Source: the human T2T-CHM13v2.0 reference genome, Homo sapiens. From it: 64,000 nucleotides of DNA. The stretch covers positions 21,216,001-21,280,000 of the forward strand of contig CP068257.2 in NCBI GenBank assembly GCA_009914755.4. The letters are read 5' to 3'. Position numbers and translations under genes: made by a program. How positions within the stretch are numbered: position 1 is the first letter of the stretch; every line of letters begins with the position of its first letter. The notes under the pieces were generated by a model. The model was given only the letters and a program-made list of their open reading frames with translations, did not search any database and was not told the origin of the DNA. Below, piece by piece: positions 1 through 12,560 of the stretch.

Positions 1-336
1 ACTGCTTGATGGTTTTGAAGGATTCTGCCACATGTATCTCCATTTACAATCAAGTGATGCCATCTCACATGTAATAATTTCATTTAAAATGTTTGTAAAA
101 TGACAAACTTATTTGTAAGAAATATTTCTTTAAAAACACAAAAAATTAGATTTGAATTAAACAGCTTATTTTAGGAAATCGTTCAATTAAGCTTTCTGGA
201 AGAATGTAAATATATTCAATCACATGCAACTCAAACTTTTAACTGGAAAACTTGAAAGTAAAAAGGTGTGATGAACAACCATAAAGCAGAAACTAGAAGC
301 ATCTGCTTTTGCTCATGTAGGGAGAAATTGGAGACT

Positions 337-357
337 GTTGCTGTTGTTGTTGTTGTT
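337..357. repeat. Short (GTT)n microsatellite
   Basis: ctgttgctgttgttgttgttgttg read directly. Confidence 0.8.
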
Positions 358-452
358 GAGTAGATGAGTTTATCAGGACTTACATATCAGGGAGTCCTGG
401 GTGGCAGTGAGATAGCTCTAGAGATCGGTACCGCTAATCATCTCTAAGCTGC

Positions 453-746
453 TTATTTTTTTTTTATTTTTTATGTATTTATTTTTGAGATAGGGTCTCA
501 CTCCGTCACCCAGGATGGGGCGCAGTGGTGTGATTATGGCTCACTGCAGCCGTGAACTCCCAGGTTCAATTGATCCTCCTACCTTAACATACTGTGTAGC
601 TAGGACTATAGGCTAATTTTCACATTTTGTAGAGATGGAATTTTGCTATGTTGCTCAGGGTGGTCTCAAGCTCCTGGGCACAAGTGGTTCTCCTGCCTCG
701 GCCTCCCAAAGTGCTGAAATTACAGGCATGAGCCACCGCACCCAGC
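453..746 (-). mobile_element. Alu SINE, full-length, antisense
   Basis: Poly-T then gagatagggtctcactc...ggcatgagccaccgcacccagcc is the reverse complement of the Alu consensus. It is flanked by TSD tctaagctgc (443-452) and tctaagttgc (747-756). Confidence 0.9.
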
Positions 747-756
747 CTCTAAGTTG

Positions 757-1037
757 CTTTTTTTTTTTTTCTTTTTTCTTTTTTGAGATAGGGTCTCACT
801 CTGTTGCCCAAGCTGAAGTGCAGTGCATCAATCTTGGCTCACTGCAACCTCTGCTCCCCACCCTACTGCCCACGACCACAGGCACACATCACCACCCCTG
901 GCTATTTTTATGTATTTTCGCAGAGACAGAGTCTCACCATGTTCCCAGGCTGGTCTCCAACCCCTGAGCTCAAGCAATCCACCCTTCTTGGCCTCCAAAA
1001 GTGCTGGGATTACAGCTGTGAGCCATTGCGTCCTGCC
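757..1037 (-). mobile_element. Alu SINE, antisense, inserted immediately next to the previous Alu
   Basis: Poly-T 757-786 then gagatagggtctcactctgttgcccaagctgaagtgcagtg...gctgggattacagctgtgagccattgcgtcctgcc. Confidence 0.88.
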
Positions 1038-1379
1038 ACCTAAACTACTATTAAGCTAATTTTCTTGATCTTTGCATATGGTGTTTGTGCAGTGAGACTG
1101 TTTTTCTTCACATTTCAGAATGTTATTATTTTTATTGATTTGTCATTTTAAGAAATAAGTATGAATCCAATGAGCATTGATAGAAAAGAAAACCTCAAAT
1201 ATTTTATTTGTTTCGTTGTACTGAATAGAAATTTTCTCAGAATAATGAAGGCAGAAAAAAAGAAATATTTTCATGCTTATGGTGTCATAGTTTAGCAGGG
1301 TGAAGAGAAAAGACCCTGAACAAAGGAAGCCAAGGGTTCTGGCTGACCAAACAAACCAACCTTCCCTAAAGAAGAAACG

Positions 1380-2163
1380 AGACACATGAAAAAATGCTCA
1401 ACATAACTGGCCATCAGAGAAATGCAAATCAAAACCACAATGAGATACCATCTCACACCAGTTAGAATGGCAATCATTGAAAAGTCAGGAAACAACAGGT
1501 GCTGGAGAGGATGTGGAGAAATAGGAACACTTTTACACTGTTGGTGGGACTGTAAACTAGTTCAATCATTGTGGAAGACAGTGTGGTGATTCCTCAGGGA
1601 TCTAGAACTAGAAATACTATTTGACCTAGCCATCCCATTACTGGGTATATACCCAAAGGATTATAAATAATGCTTCTGTAAAGGCACATGCACACGTATG
1701 TTTATTGTGGCACTATTCACAATAGCAAAGACTTGGAACCAACCCAAATGTCCATCAATGATAGACTGGATTAAGAAAATGTGGCACATACACACCATGG
1801 AATACTATGCAGCCATAAAAAAGGATGAGTTCATGTCCTTTGTGGGGACATGGATGAAGCTGGAAACCATCATTCTGAGCAAACTATCGCAAGGTCAGAA
1901 AACCAAACACTGCATGTTCTCACTCATAGGTGGGAAATGAACAATGAGAACACTTGGACACAGGAAGGGGAACATCACACACCGCGGCCTGTTGTGGGGT
2001 GGGGGAAGCGGGGAGGGAAAGCATTAGGAGATATACCTAATGTAAATGACGAGTTAATGGGTGCAGCACACCAACACGGCACATGTATACATATGTAACA
2101 AACCTGCACATTGTGCACATGTACCCTAGAACTTAAAGTATAATAATTAAAAAAAAAAAAGAA
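1380..2163 (+). mobile_element. LINE-1 (L1PA-like) 3' end: ORF2 C-terminus, 3'UTR and poly-A; 5'-truncated
   Basis: gctcaacataactggccatcagagaaatgcaaatcaaaaccacaatgagataccatctcacaccagttagaatggc ... gtaccctagaacttaaagtataataa followed by poly-A. TSD gaagaaacga at 1370-1379 and 2165-2174. ORF 1698-1940 translates to the ORF2 tail MIDWIKKMWHIHTMEYYAAIKKDEFMSF... Confidence 0.9.
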
Positions 2164-2362
2164 GAAGAAACGACCACAGTCGGATAACTCTTATTTTCAA
2201 TTCTTTCAGTGTTTTCCACAGAAACAGCAAAAGGGCATTTCTTAGACCTGAAGTGGGTGCCAAACCAGCAATGGAACAGAAACTTGAATAACCTTTCCTC
2301 TAAGAATACATATTGTGCAAAGAGTTTTGTTGTCCTCATAGGAAAATTAGGCTACTCTGAAT

Positions 2363-2512
2363 AGACTATATGTGTGTGTGTATATATATTCATACACACA
2401 TATAGAATATAAATAGGAATAGAATCGAATATATATGACTATACATATATGGTATATATGAATATACATATATGAATAGATATCATATATGATATATGTG
2501 TATCACATATAT
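2363..2512. repeat. TA/CA-rich low-complexity tract
   Basis: tatgtgtgtgtgtatatatattcatacacacatatagaatata...gatatatgtgtatcacatatata. Confidence 0.8.
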
Positions 2513-4488
2513 AAAAGGCAGGAAAATATAATATCCACTATATTTTATTCTTTGATTGCTCGACACCCAGAAACCATTCTTCACATTAATTTATTTCAAA
2601 ATTTAACCTGCCAAACAACAATGCCTGTTTGACTGAGTTTACATTCATTGCCCATCCACAGAAATACAATGTGATGTGTTCTATTTAGCGCATTCTAGGA
2701 CATAGAGATAGTGCTTTTCTCATCTCCTACAATGTCTCGGTATTATATCAAAGTAAACTAAAAGGCAAATGTATTCATAAAGACATCTACATAAAATGTT
2801 AATGCAAAATAAAAGTAAAAATGATGATACAAGTAAAAAAAGTGATAAATTAATATGCTTGCCTAGACATACACACACAGACAGTATAAAGATGGGATTA
2901 TAAGCACAGGCTATGGTCTTCATGTAACTTATTATGTAATGTGTTATCTTCTGAGATTGCTTTTCATGAATTTCCATATTATAACCCTCTCCATATTCCC
3001 TTTTGCTTTAGCCAGCATATGGAACGATTCTACTTATTACCAGAGGTAATGTTCAGCTTTGATTTTAAACATTTTTTGTAGCTTATGTTAGGATCATTTT
3101 CTGTGTTTCTCCATGGCTGTACTGCTGGCGTGATAGGAAAGGAAGGCACACCAACATATTCTTGGGATATGGTCAGGGTTCATGTCTGACACTATCTGGT
3201 ACCTTTAATCCTATTTTTGCTAAAAATGCAGAACCAATAACTATAAGCAGAAATAACCCTGTTTTACTACTTGTTTACCTCAAATGTTTAAGTGAATGTT
3301 TTTCCCAATCAGTGGCATTATTCATTTTTTCCATGATCCAAATATTAATATTTGGAGAATCAAATATTCTAAACACAGAACAGAACACATTTTTAATAGA
3401 AATTGTTTGAATAAGCTGCATTTCTTACAACTTTATCATACATTGGTGGTTTTACGTGTTGGATGTGTGTTCATGTTTTCCAACACATACATGGGTTCCC
3501 ATGCTTCTCTTTCTTAATCTTTCTGTTTTACCTTACCATTCCTTTTTTTCTTATTTTTCTTTTCCCTATATCATAGAACTGATAGTTTGATTGACTTAGT
3601 GTTTAATATAAACACGTTTGGCATTCTCTCTTTTTGAGTATAAAGATGTACAAGTAAAGCATGTTGTATTTCTATTTTAATCTAGAATTCTAGAATAAGA
3701 TGGTTCTCAATTATTTTAAATATTTCTCAGTCCAGATATAATAATGCGCTTTCCAGTTCTCTTGAGGAATTTTGCATTTCATAAGCAACTACAAACCCAC
3801 AAATGAAACATATCACAGCAGGTGATAAGCAGGGTAGGAAATTTATAAAATATGTTATTTCTAGATATATTTGAAAGTTAAAGGAAAATGGTCCTCTTAT
3901 TAAAGTTAAACTTTGGTTGTTAAAGAAGTAGATAAAAGTAAAAGAAAGTAAAATTCTAGCTTCTTGAATTTTAGTCTAAGTGGAATAGAAGTACCCAAAG
4001 TTCTCATCTTGATAAAATAGAGTTCCTCTGTTACATTTTCACGGTCAACAAATTTACAATGTTGAAGTGGAATATCAAAATGCTTTTAGCAATACCCACA
4101 GATGTGAGACATTATAATAGAGCTTTGCTTAGGATAGCAATGCCAACAGATATGTAAATGTATAATTTTTGGCCTTGGCACAGGAAAAATGACTGACGAA
4201 ATTTTTGAAATATTTTCCATTACAGCATATCTGTTGGGGTAGAATGGTTTGGGTTTACTTAATTTCACAGCCTTTTCATAGTAAGAAGAATGGCCATAAT
4301 TTTTAGAACTGTAGGGCCTCAAACATGAGTCAGATGATTTTAGGTAACAATTTTTACCATAGTGGAATAAATTTATTTTATTAAAAATATGGTAATCTTA
4401 TAAATTATGATACAAGATATTTTGATATCCAGAATTTGTACTTCCCAAATCATCTTTGAAAGTAATTGTGCAAAGAAAACTTATTTCA

Positions 4489-4816
<328 letters not shown>

Positions 4817-5908
4817 TCAATTCAAGAAATAACATAGGGTTTTAAAAACATCTTTTAATAGAGAATATAAAAATCATTTTGATTGAAAATTTAACCTATT
4901 AGATTTTTCAAATAGATAAATGTTATTTAAAATACATGTATTATTATTATGACAACATGATTAGAAATGTTTTCATGGAAGATTGTGCTTCTTAGCTAAG
5001 GATATTTTAGGTAAAAATCAGAAAAGTAAGTTGCCTAAAAATTCCTTGAGAGAAGTTACAATCTTCTTAACTATTTTCTGCTCTCCAAAGTGCCTAGACT
5101 AGAGAAATGTACTTCAGGAAACACTTGATACATACTTGTTGATGACTGAAAGAAACTCATGTACTATTATAAAGTTAATAACTAAATACAAATATGTTTG
5201 ACCACTTTTTTGTAACATATATTTTATATTTAGATATTTTCACCATCTTAAAGACATTCACACAGAAGGATCAATTCCTGTAGGAAAACAAGAAGTAACA
5301 AACTCATTGAAACACATATTTCATAATTTTTACAAGAAGGGTTTTGCCCTGATGAGCGGGTTTATGTTTTGGTTAATACTATGTATTTACATGAGTATAA
5401 ACATATTTGACAGTTTTAGACATTCTTTCTTTTAGTATTGAAAAACATTAATAATTCAATCAACGATTTATACAATTTTAATATGATTAATATAGACTTA
5501 TATGAAAGAGATCTTAACTTTAGTGAATTTAAACAATAAAAAACTGTAATATAAAATCACTTTTTAACACGAGTGAATAGATATCATTGGTATGTTCAGT
5601 CATGTAAGAATGACGGAGAACCAAGGTTTTAATTTTCGTGTTAGCATTCAGATTTAAATAATTATTAAGGAAATTTTTCTTAGTATTTTATAGAGTTAAG
5701 AGTATTTTTAATTATTCATACCAAAAAGAATACAGCAGAAGTTTTATTTAAAGTAGAAATATTTAATTGTGTTGACTTAGGAAGAGACTGACATATTGCT
5801 TAAATTAAAAATGGTTTATATTTACAAACTTTAAACTCTGGCTACTCATAAGTTCATAACATTTTAAAGCCATAGCCTCCAAAGGTGAAGAATAAGAATT
5901 CAAATTCT

Positions 5909-6200
5909 GGCTGGGCACGGTGGCTCACGCCTGTAATCCCAGCACAATGGGAGATCAAGGTGGGAGGACTGCTTGAGCCAAGGAGTTCGAGAAAAGAGGG
6001 TAACATGATAAAAACCCATCTCTACAAAAAATACAAAAATTAGCTGGGAATGGTAGTGTACGCCTGTAGTCCTGGCTACCTGGGAGGCTGAGGTGGGAGG
6101 ATCACTTGAGCCCAGGTCATCGAGGCTGCAGTGAGCCCTGATCACACTTTTGCACTCTGGCCTGGGCAACAGAGTGAGACCTGGTTCCAAAATAAAAAAA
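5909..6200 (+). mobile_element. Alu SINE, sense
   Basis: ggctgggcacggtggctcacgcctgtaatcccagc...cctgggcaacagagtgagacc followed by an A-rich tail. Flanked by ...aaattctg on both sides (short TSD). Confidence 0.9.
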
Positions 6201-7816
6201 AGTTAAATTCTGTTAAAATGGTAGGATTGGTAGGATGGTGCAAAATAAAGATAGTGTAGACAGACGTACATCGACATCAATGGTTAAGACATCATGTTCT
6301 TTGGAGTTTCTAAGTATGAAATGACTTTTACTTGTAAACATATAGTTCATATACACCTAACATATAATTTACGATGTTACATTTATATGTCTTTGATTAT
6401 GTTGACACTAACTAGCATTTGCATGCAGACATTTTTTTTTTCTTAGTAATATCCCCTGCTATGAAATTTTATCTTGAGTCTATCTAACATTTATAAAGTC
6501 TTGAAATTGGATAATTGTTGCTTCTCTTTTAGAATTACTTTCATTATTTAGTACAACTCTGATAACTCTAGTAGTAAATAACTCATACCTCTTTACATAG
6601 AAGAGTCTTTGTTAAGGATAAAGTTTCCATAGTTGTTGTTCAATGGGTATAAAGTTTCAGTTATACGAGACAAATAAGTTGTGGATGTCTGCTGTACAAC
6701 ATGGTGCTCCTAGTTAACGATACAGTATAGTATAGCACTTTAAAATTTTAAGGGGCAGATCTCATGTTAAGTATTGTTACCACAAGTACACACATGAAAA
6801 CTGACAAGTGCTGGACATGTGTATTACCTCGATTGTGATGATAGTATCACAAATGTTTGCATGTGTCTAAACTTACCAAATTGTATACAGTAATATATGA
6901 GGTTATTTGTATATCAATAATACCTCAATAAAGCTGATAAAAATGCAAAAGAAAGCAAAAATAAGTAAATCTGGGTTCAACATTCAATATTGTTTATTCA
7001 AATCTGGACCAGTGAACAACAAACCATTATAACTGAGAAAGGTAGAACTGACATTTCTAGTTAACAACTATGATTCCTGTAGTCAGATTTTCTGAGTTAG
7101 AATCCTGGGTTAGAATCCTTCCCTGCAAATTGCATGACTTTTGGGTGATTACTTAATCTCAGTGAACAACAGGTATTTTATCTTGAAAATAGGGATGAAA
7201 ATAACCTCTGTTCAAATGATGTAATTAATGTAATGTGATATAACGGAAACAGTTATAGTACTAACATGCTCAATAAACATTAGTTTTTATTATCTCTTAA
7301 GAGTGCTCATTCTGAATATGTCCAATTCTAATGATTTTCTTTTCTTCCTTATTAAGGAATGCAACAGTGATGACAATTATACATTGTTTTCTCTGAAGCT
7401 GGACTGCCTGGAATCTGCCATGTTTCAGCCATGGCCTTACATTAATCACTTGCCATTTCTAAGTTTCAGTTGCTTTTATTTAAAATGTGGTAAATACCAG
7501 TGAGTGCTTAATGCCCAGAGTTTTCTGAGGTTTAAAGAATCAATATATTTAAAGCAATTTATAAAGAGTTTAAGGCATATTTATCATAATGATATTATAT
7601 TATTTAATTTTAAACACCACTGTTTTATATTTTAAATATATACATACTTTGTGAATTTTAATTTTTTATAGGGAAAAACATCATCTGAAACTGTTTGTTG
7701 TCTTCCTTTCAATATGAAGAAAAACGCAGAGCTATTTATAAAACTTTGACCAAACTTTGATTTTACACCATTTTGTACAGTAGGATGGCAAGATTACATT
7801 AAAGCAGTTAATCTGT

Positions 7817-7972
7817 CAGGCGTGGTGGTACGTGCCTGTAGTCTCAGTTACTTGGGAGGCTGAGGCAAGAGGATCAGTTGAGCCCAGGAATTCTAGTACA
7901 GACTTGGCAACAAAGTGAAACCCTGACTCATAAAATAAAAAATAAAAACAAATAAATAAATAATTAAAATTT
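7817..7972 (+). mobile_element. Alu-derived monomeric fragment (right-arm/FRAM-like) with an A-rich tail
   Basis: ggcgtggtggtacgtgcctgtagtctcagttacttgggaggctgaggcaagaggatcagttgagcccaggaattc...aaataaaaaataaaaacaaataaataaataa. Confidence 0.7.
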
Positions 7973-9469
7973 AAAACTATAACTTCATGGGAAAAATATT
8001 CTATCTAAAACCAAACAGTTCTGTAAAACAGTAGAAACTTTTTAAGTACTTATTAAAATATTTTTAGAATTTAAAAACTGCCTGTGTAAACTGTAATACT
8101 ATATAAAAGCATGTGAGACACTAGCTTAAAAACAATAATGAAGAATATGGCTCCAATCAAAGTTATTATAATTCCTTTTTCCTGTACTGTGCAACAAAAG
8201 AATATATAGAAGCAAAGAAGAAGGAAAACAGCTATAACAACAAATAATAGGCAGCCAGAAATTTACATGAAAAAGCTTGATGGAAAAGAACTACTGTGTA
8301 GAAAATAAAAGAAATAGTATAAAAATGTGCTTTTTAAATAGAAAACATACTTAAATTCCATCTTGAGAAATAATTCTAAATCATATTTAATAGTACAATA
8401 AATTTAGAGAGGCAATTATAGTACACTGCATGCCAGCCTATTAATAATTTTTAGGCTGACCATTTAAGGGAGCAAAAGTGTTTTGAATAGTTTTTCACTT
8501 TTCTTTGTCATGACCGAACTGCACTAGATTTAGTCTAGTGCTGATTATCACCTCTCAAGAAATTCTTTACCCATTGCATTAGTTTTCTTCCTTCATTCTT
8601 TCTTTTGCAAGCTAACATGAGTTATTCTACAGCGAATAATGTGAGTATAAGGTAACACACATTTTGACCTTACTCTGCAGTCTGAGAATTGTTGAGCATG
8701 ATAGTGATGTGAATTTGGGTTCTATTATAATATGAATTATTCTGGTCATTATTTACTGAAAAGAATTAGACATTAAGATAAAGATATGCAAGACAAGCAA
8801 AAAGGTGTTACTAAGACCCAGGCTCTTAGTAGACAATAACTAATTTTTGTCCTCCTATTTAGATACTTTGGCTTTCATTTTCCCCCCAAATTTAGAGTGC
8901 AGAGATTGACAGAGAAAATACACTCTGATTATTATTACTAATTGTACCACAGGGTTCTGATATCATGAAGTGTGAAACTGGAATAGCACAGGTCTGGTTA
9001 ATTATTTTACTTAGGTAATTCTAGATTTTTTAAAAGAGGTTTTATTATAACTTTAATTTTAAATCTATATTTATGTTTCATTTGTTCATACATACAAAGC
9101 TGACAATAACTAAGATTGTTACTTTCTAAGTATTAAAGATTTGTCTTTAATTATTTGGACCATGTTCACAATTTTAGTGTGCTTAGGTTATATGTTTGAC
9201 GGAAATTCATTTTGTAAGGATAAAAACAATAAAACTAGCCTATAATTTTATATTTTAGAGATAATTTTCTATAATATTTTTGTTGTGACATTTAAAAATG
9301 AGTTACAAAACTCACTTTATGCTGCTTTTTTCACTAAATAAGTACCAATGCATTTTTCTTGCAATAAAGAATATATATGGCATCAAGTTAAAGAATAGAT
9401 AACATACACTGAGTGATTTTTCCCATTTATATGTATTAATTTTTTAAAAGTTGTTTGCTCTTTTATTAA

Positions 9470-10600
9470 TTTTTAAAAATTATTTTTATAAATGTTTCTT
9501 AGTACATAGGAGGTGTATATATATATTAACACAGTACATGAGATGTTTTTATACAGTATGCAATGTGAAATAACCACATCACGAAGAATGGAGTATTCAT
9601 CCCCTTAAGCATTTATCTTTTGACTTGCAATTGATCCAATTACACTCTTCGAGTTTTTTAAAAATATACAATTAAATTATTATTGACTATAGTCACCCTA
9701 TTGTGCTATAAAGTAGTAGGTCTTATTCATTCTTTCTATTTTTTTTTTAACCCATCAACTATCCCCAACTGCCCCTCAACATTTCCCTACCCTTCCCAGC
9801 CTCTGGTAACCGTACTTCTGCTCTCTGTATTCATGAGTTCAATAGATTTGATTTTTAGATATCACAAATAAGTGAGAACATGTGATGTCTGTCTTTCCAT
9901 GGCTAGCTGAATTCACTTAACATAATAATATCTTTAGGTGTCCTTTACAATTTCCTTCATTAGTGTTTTATAGTTTTCATTAATGAGATATTTTACTTCT
10001 TTGGTTTACTCACATATATTTAATTTTATTTCTTTCTATTGTAATTTTCTTTGTGTCTGTTTCATCCATGTTGCTGCAAATGACATGATCTCATTCTTTT
10101 TTATGCAGAATAGTAATTCATTGTGTATATTACCACATTTTCTTTATCCATTCATCTATTGAGGAACACTGAGGTTGCTTTCCAATCTTAGCTATTGTAA
10201 ACAGTGCTGGAACAAACATAGGAGTGCAGCTATCTCTCTGATATACTGATTTCCTTTCTTTTAGGTATATATCCAGCATTGGGATTGCTGGATCATATAG
10301 TAGCTCTATTTTTAGATTTTTGAGGAACCTCCAAACTGTTCTTAGTGGTTGTACTAATTTACATTCCCACCGATTGTGTACAAGTGTTCTTTTTCTCCAC
10401 ATCTTCACCAGTATTTGTTATTGCCTGTCTTTTGGAAATAAACCGTTTTAACTGGGGTGAGATAATATATCATTGTAGTTTTGATTTGCATTACTTTAAT
10501 GACCAGTGATGTTGAGCATCTTTTTATATGACCATTTGCCATTTATATGTCTTCTTTTAAAAAATGTCTATTCAAATATTTTAGACAATTTTTTGATCAG
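9470..10600 (-). mobile_element. Older LINE-1 (L1PB/L1MA-type) 3'UTR plus ORF2 C-terminal region, antisense; 5'-truncated
   Basis: cccagcctctggtaaccgtacttctgctctctgtattcatgagttcaatagatttgatttttagatatcacaaataagtgagaacatgtgatgtctgtctttccatggctagctgaattcacttaacataat and ...gtcttttggaaataaaccgttttaactggggtgagataatatatcattgtagttttgatttgcatt match old L1 3' ends read on the opposite strand. Confidence 0.8.
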
Positions 10601-10611
10601 ATTAGCTGATC

Positions 10612-10790
10612 AAAAGTAGCTGAGATTACAGGCATGCGCCACCATGTCCAGCTAATTTTTTTGTATTTTTAAGAGACGGGGTTTCTCCATGTTGGTCAGG
10701 CTGGTCTCGAACTCCCAACCTCAGGTGATCCACTCGCCTTGGCCTCCAAAAGTGCTGGGATTACAGGCGTGAGCCACCACGCCTGGCTGA
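10612..10790 (-). mobile_element. Alu SINE, only the 5'-proximal ~180 bp, antisense (truncated copy)
   Basis: gtagctgagattacaggcatgcgccaccatgtccagctaatttttttgtatttttaagagacggggtttctccatgttggtcaggctggtctcgaactcc...ggattacaggcgtgagccaccacgcctggc. There is no poly-T tail on the left side. Confidence 0.85.
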
Positions 10791-12470
10791 TCTTCACACT
10801 TTTTGACCACTCAGAGAGAGGTCCATCTACGTACCTCTTCCCCCAAATTTCTTTGTCACCAATTTTTCTCTCATGCTTCTTCCAAGTCCCTGACCATCCA
10901 GCCAAACCATTGGCTACAGTCCATGAATCAGTATATAATCACACATCTGGTCATTTCTCCTTCAACGCAAAGTGCACAACCAGGTCCACTGCTCAAAGTT
11001 CTGCCCACTGGGAGGATTTCCTTTCACTGCTGTGCTTCAGGGATGTCCTAGAAAGGGGCTGTAGTGCTGCAGCTGTCCACTTTTGGGTGGTGCCTGCATA
11101 TCATGCAGAGTCATCTGTGAACCAGGCCCTAGTCTTCTCTTCCTCTGTCAACTGATCATAGGGAACTCCCCATGAGGCCATCGGTGCAGGCTGGGGGAGA
11201 GAAGGCAAGGTGGCAGGAGTGAAGACCATGGGCATTTGAGCCACTTCCTTGTGTAACTTACTTGTGCCTTCAGGACCTGCTCAAGCCCAATCACATATAT
11301 ACCACTTCCAAGGTCATCCAAGACCTGAGTGGGTCTAGAGATGCCATCCAGGAGTCAGAGACTGGAGTCAAAAGTTTTAGAAGTCTACCTTGTATTCTAT
11401 TGTATTGTAGCTGAGCTGGCACTCAAACCACAGGACACTATCATTCCCACTCTTTCCAAAGACAGAGAGGCTTCACTCCATAGCCACTACAACTCCGGGC
11501 TGTGAGGAGTACTGCCAAACTACCACCGATGTACCCTTAAGGCTCAAGGAAGGGCTCTTAAGTCAGCTTGTTGTGAATGATGCCTGGCCTGGGACTCGCC
11601 CTTCAGGTCAGCAGGCTCCTTTCTGGCCCAGGGAAGGTCCAGAAGTTCCATGAAAAGTTCAAGTCCTGGAATCAGGGACCCAAAGAGGTCACTTGGTGCT
11701 CTACCTTCCTGTGGTTAGGCTGGTACCTAAGGTTCAAGATAAAGTCCCCTTTACTTTCCTTCTGCTTTTCTCAAGCAGAAGGGGTTTTGCCTTGTAGCCA
11801 CTATGGCCAGCTATGTACTGAATTTCACTTGAAGCCATCAAGTCAGAGGTTCATCCAAGGCGCTCGATTTAGGACCTGGGTATTGCTGCTGGTTATTCAG
11901 GACCCAAGGATTCTTCAATTACCAGGTGTTGAATGCTGCCCAGACTGGGTTCTTTCCTTTAAGGCAGTGGGTTCCCTTCTGGCCCAAGGTATGTCTAGAA
12001 ATGTCATCTTGGAGCTAGGTCCTGGAACAATGGCCCTCCCAACTCTAACCAGTATCTTAACCTGTTGTGGCTGGGCTGGTATTCTAGATCCAAGACAAAG
12101 TCCTCCCCACTCTTCCTTCTCTTCTCCTTAAGCAGAAGAAAAAGGTGTTTTTTGGAACTTCAAGCTGTGCAGCCTGGGGTTAGGGTAAGGGTGATGCCAG
12201 CTCTCCCTTAGTCACCCCAGCTGGTGCCTCAGTATGTCACATGCCCCTCAGTCCACTGTCTCTGGGCCTAGTTCAGGACTCACCTAATAGTTGCAGTCTT
12301 TATGGTCTAGACTGCCTTTCAAGTTCTCTTGGAGGCACAGAGCATTTTGGCTCGCAGTGGTGGTTTGCATCTCTTCAGTGCCTCTTGAAGCGGTATGGAG
12401 TTTACAGTGTTAAATAAAACCAGGTGCTATGAGTGCTCACCTGATGTTTGCTTCTAACGAGGGTGTGTTT
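10791..12470. other. Unclassified GC-richer block, possibly ERV/LTR-derived, containing a degenerate ~300-bp tandem duplication
   Basis: Starts with tgatcttcac immediately after the Alu. Unit 11577-11780 (...ttctggcccagggaaggtccagaa...ctgtggttaggctggtacctaaggttcaagataaagtcccc...ctcaagcagaag) recurs diverged at 11930-12135 (...ttctggcccaaggtatgtctagaa...ctgttgtggctgggctggtattctagatccaagacaaagtcctcc...cttaagcagaag). ORFs of 138 and 184 aa have no recognisable domains. Confidence 0.3.
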
Positions 12471-12560
12471 ATTTAACTTTCATTTTATTTTAACATTTAG
12501 GTTTGGGGGTACATGTGAAGGTTTGTTATATAGGTATACTTGTGTCATGGGGGTTTGTTG
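12470..12560 (-). mobile_element. Isolated ~90-bp LINE-1 extreme 3'-terminal stub, antisense
   Basis: ttttattttaacatttaggtttgggggtacatgtgaaggtttgttatataggtatacttgtgtcatgggggtttgttgtat resembles the antisense L1PB-type 3' terminus. The match is lost after ~90 bp. Confidence 0.5.

Noticed and set aside
635-1059. Overlapping ORFs of 110, 79 and 78 aa on the plus strand
   Set aside because: They lie entirely inside the tandem antisense Alu pair at 453-1037 and translate Alu sequence.
12178-12200. Telomere-like ggggttagggtaagggtgatg
   Set aside because: There are only two imperfect TTAGGG-like units, which is not an interstitial telomeric repeat.
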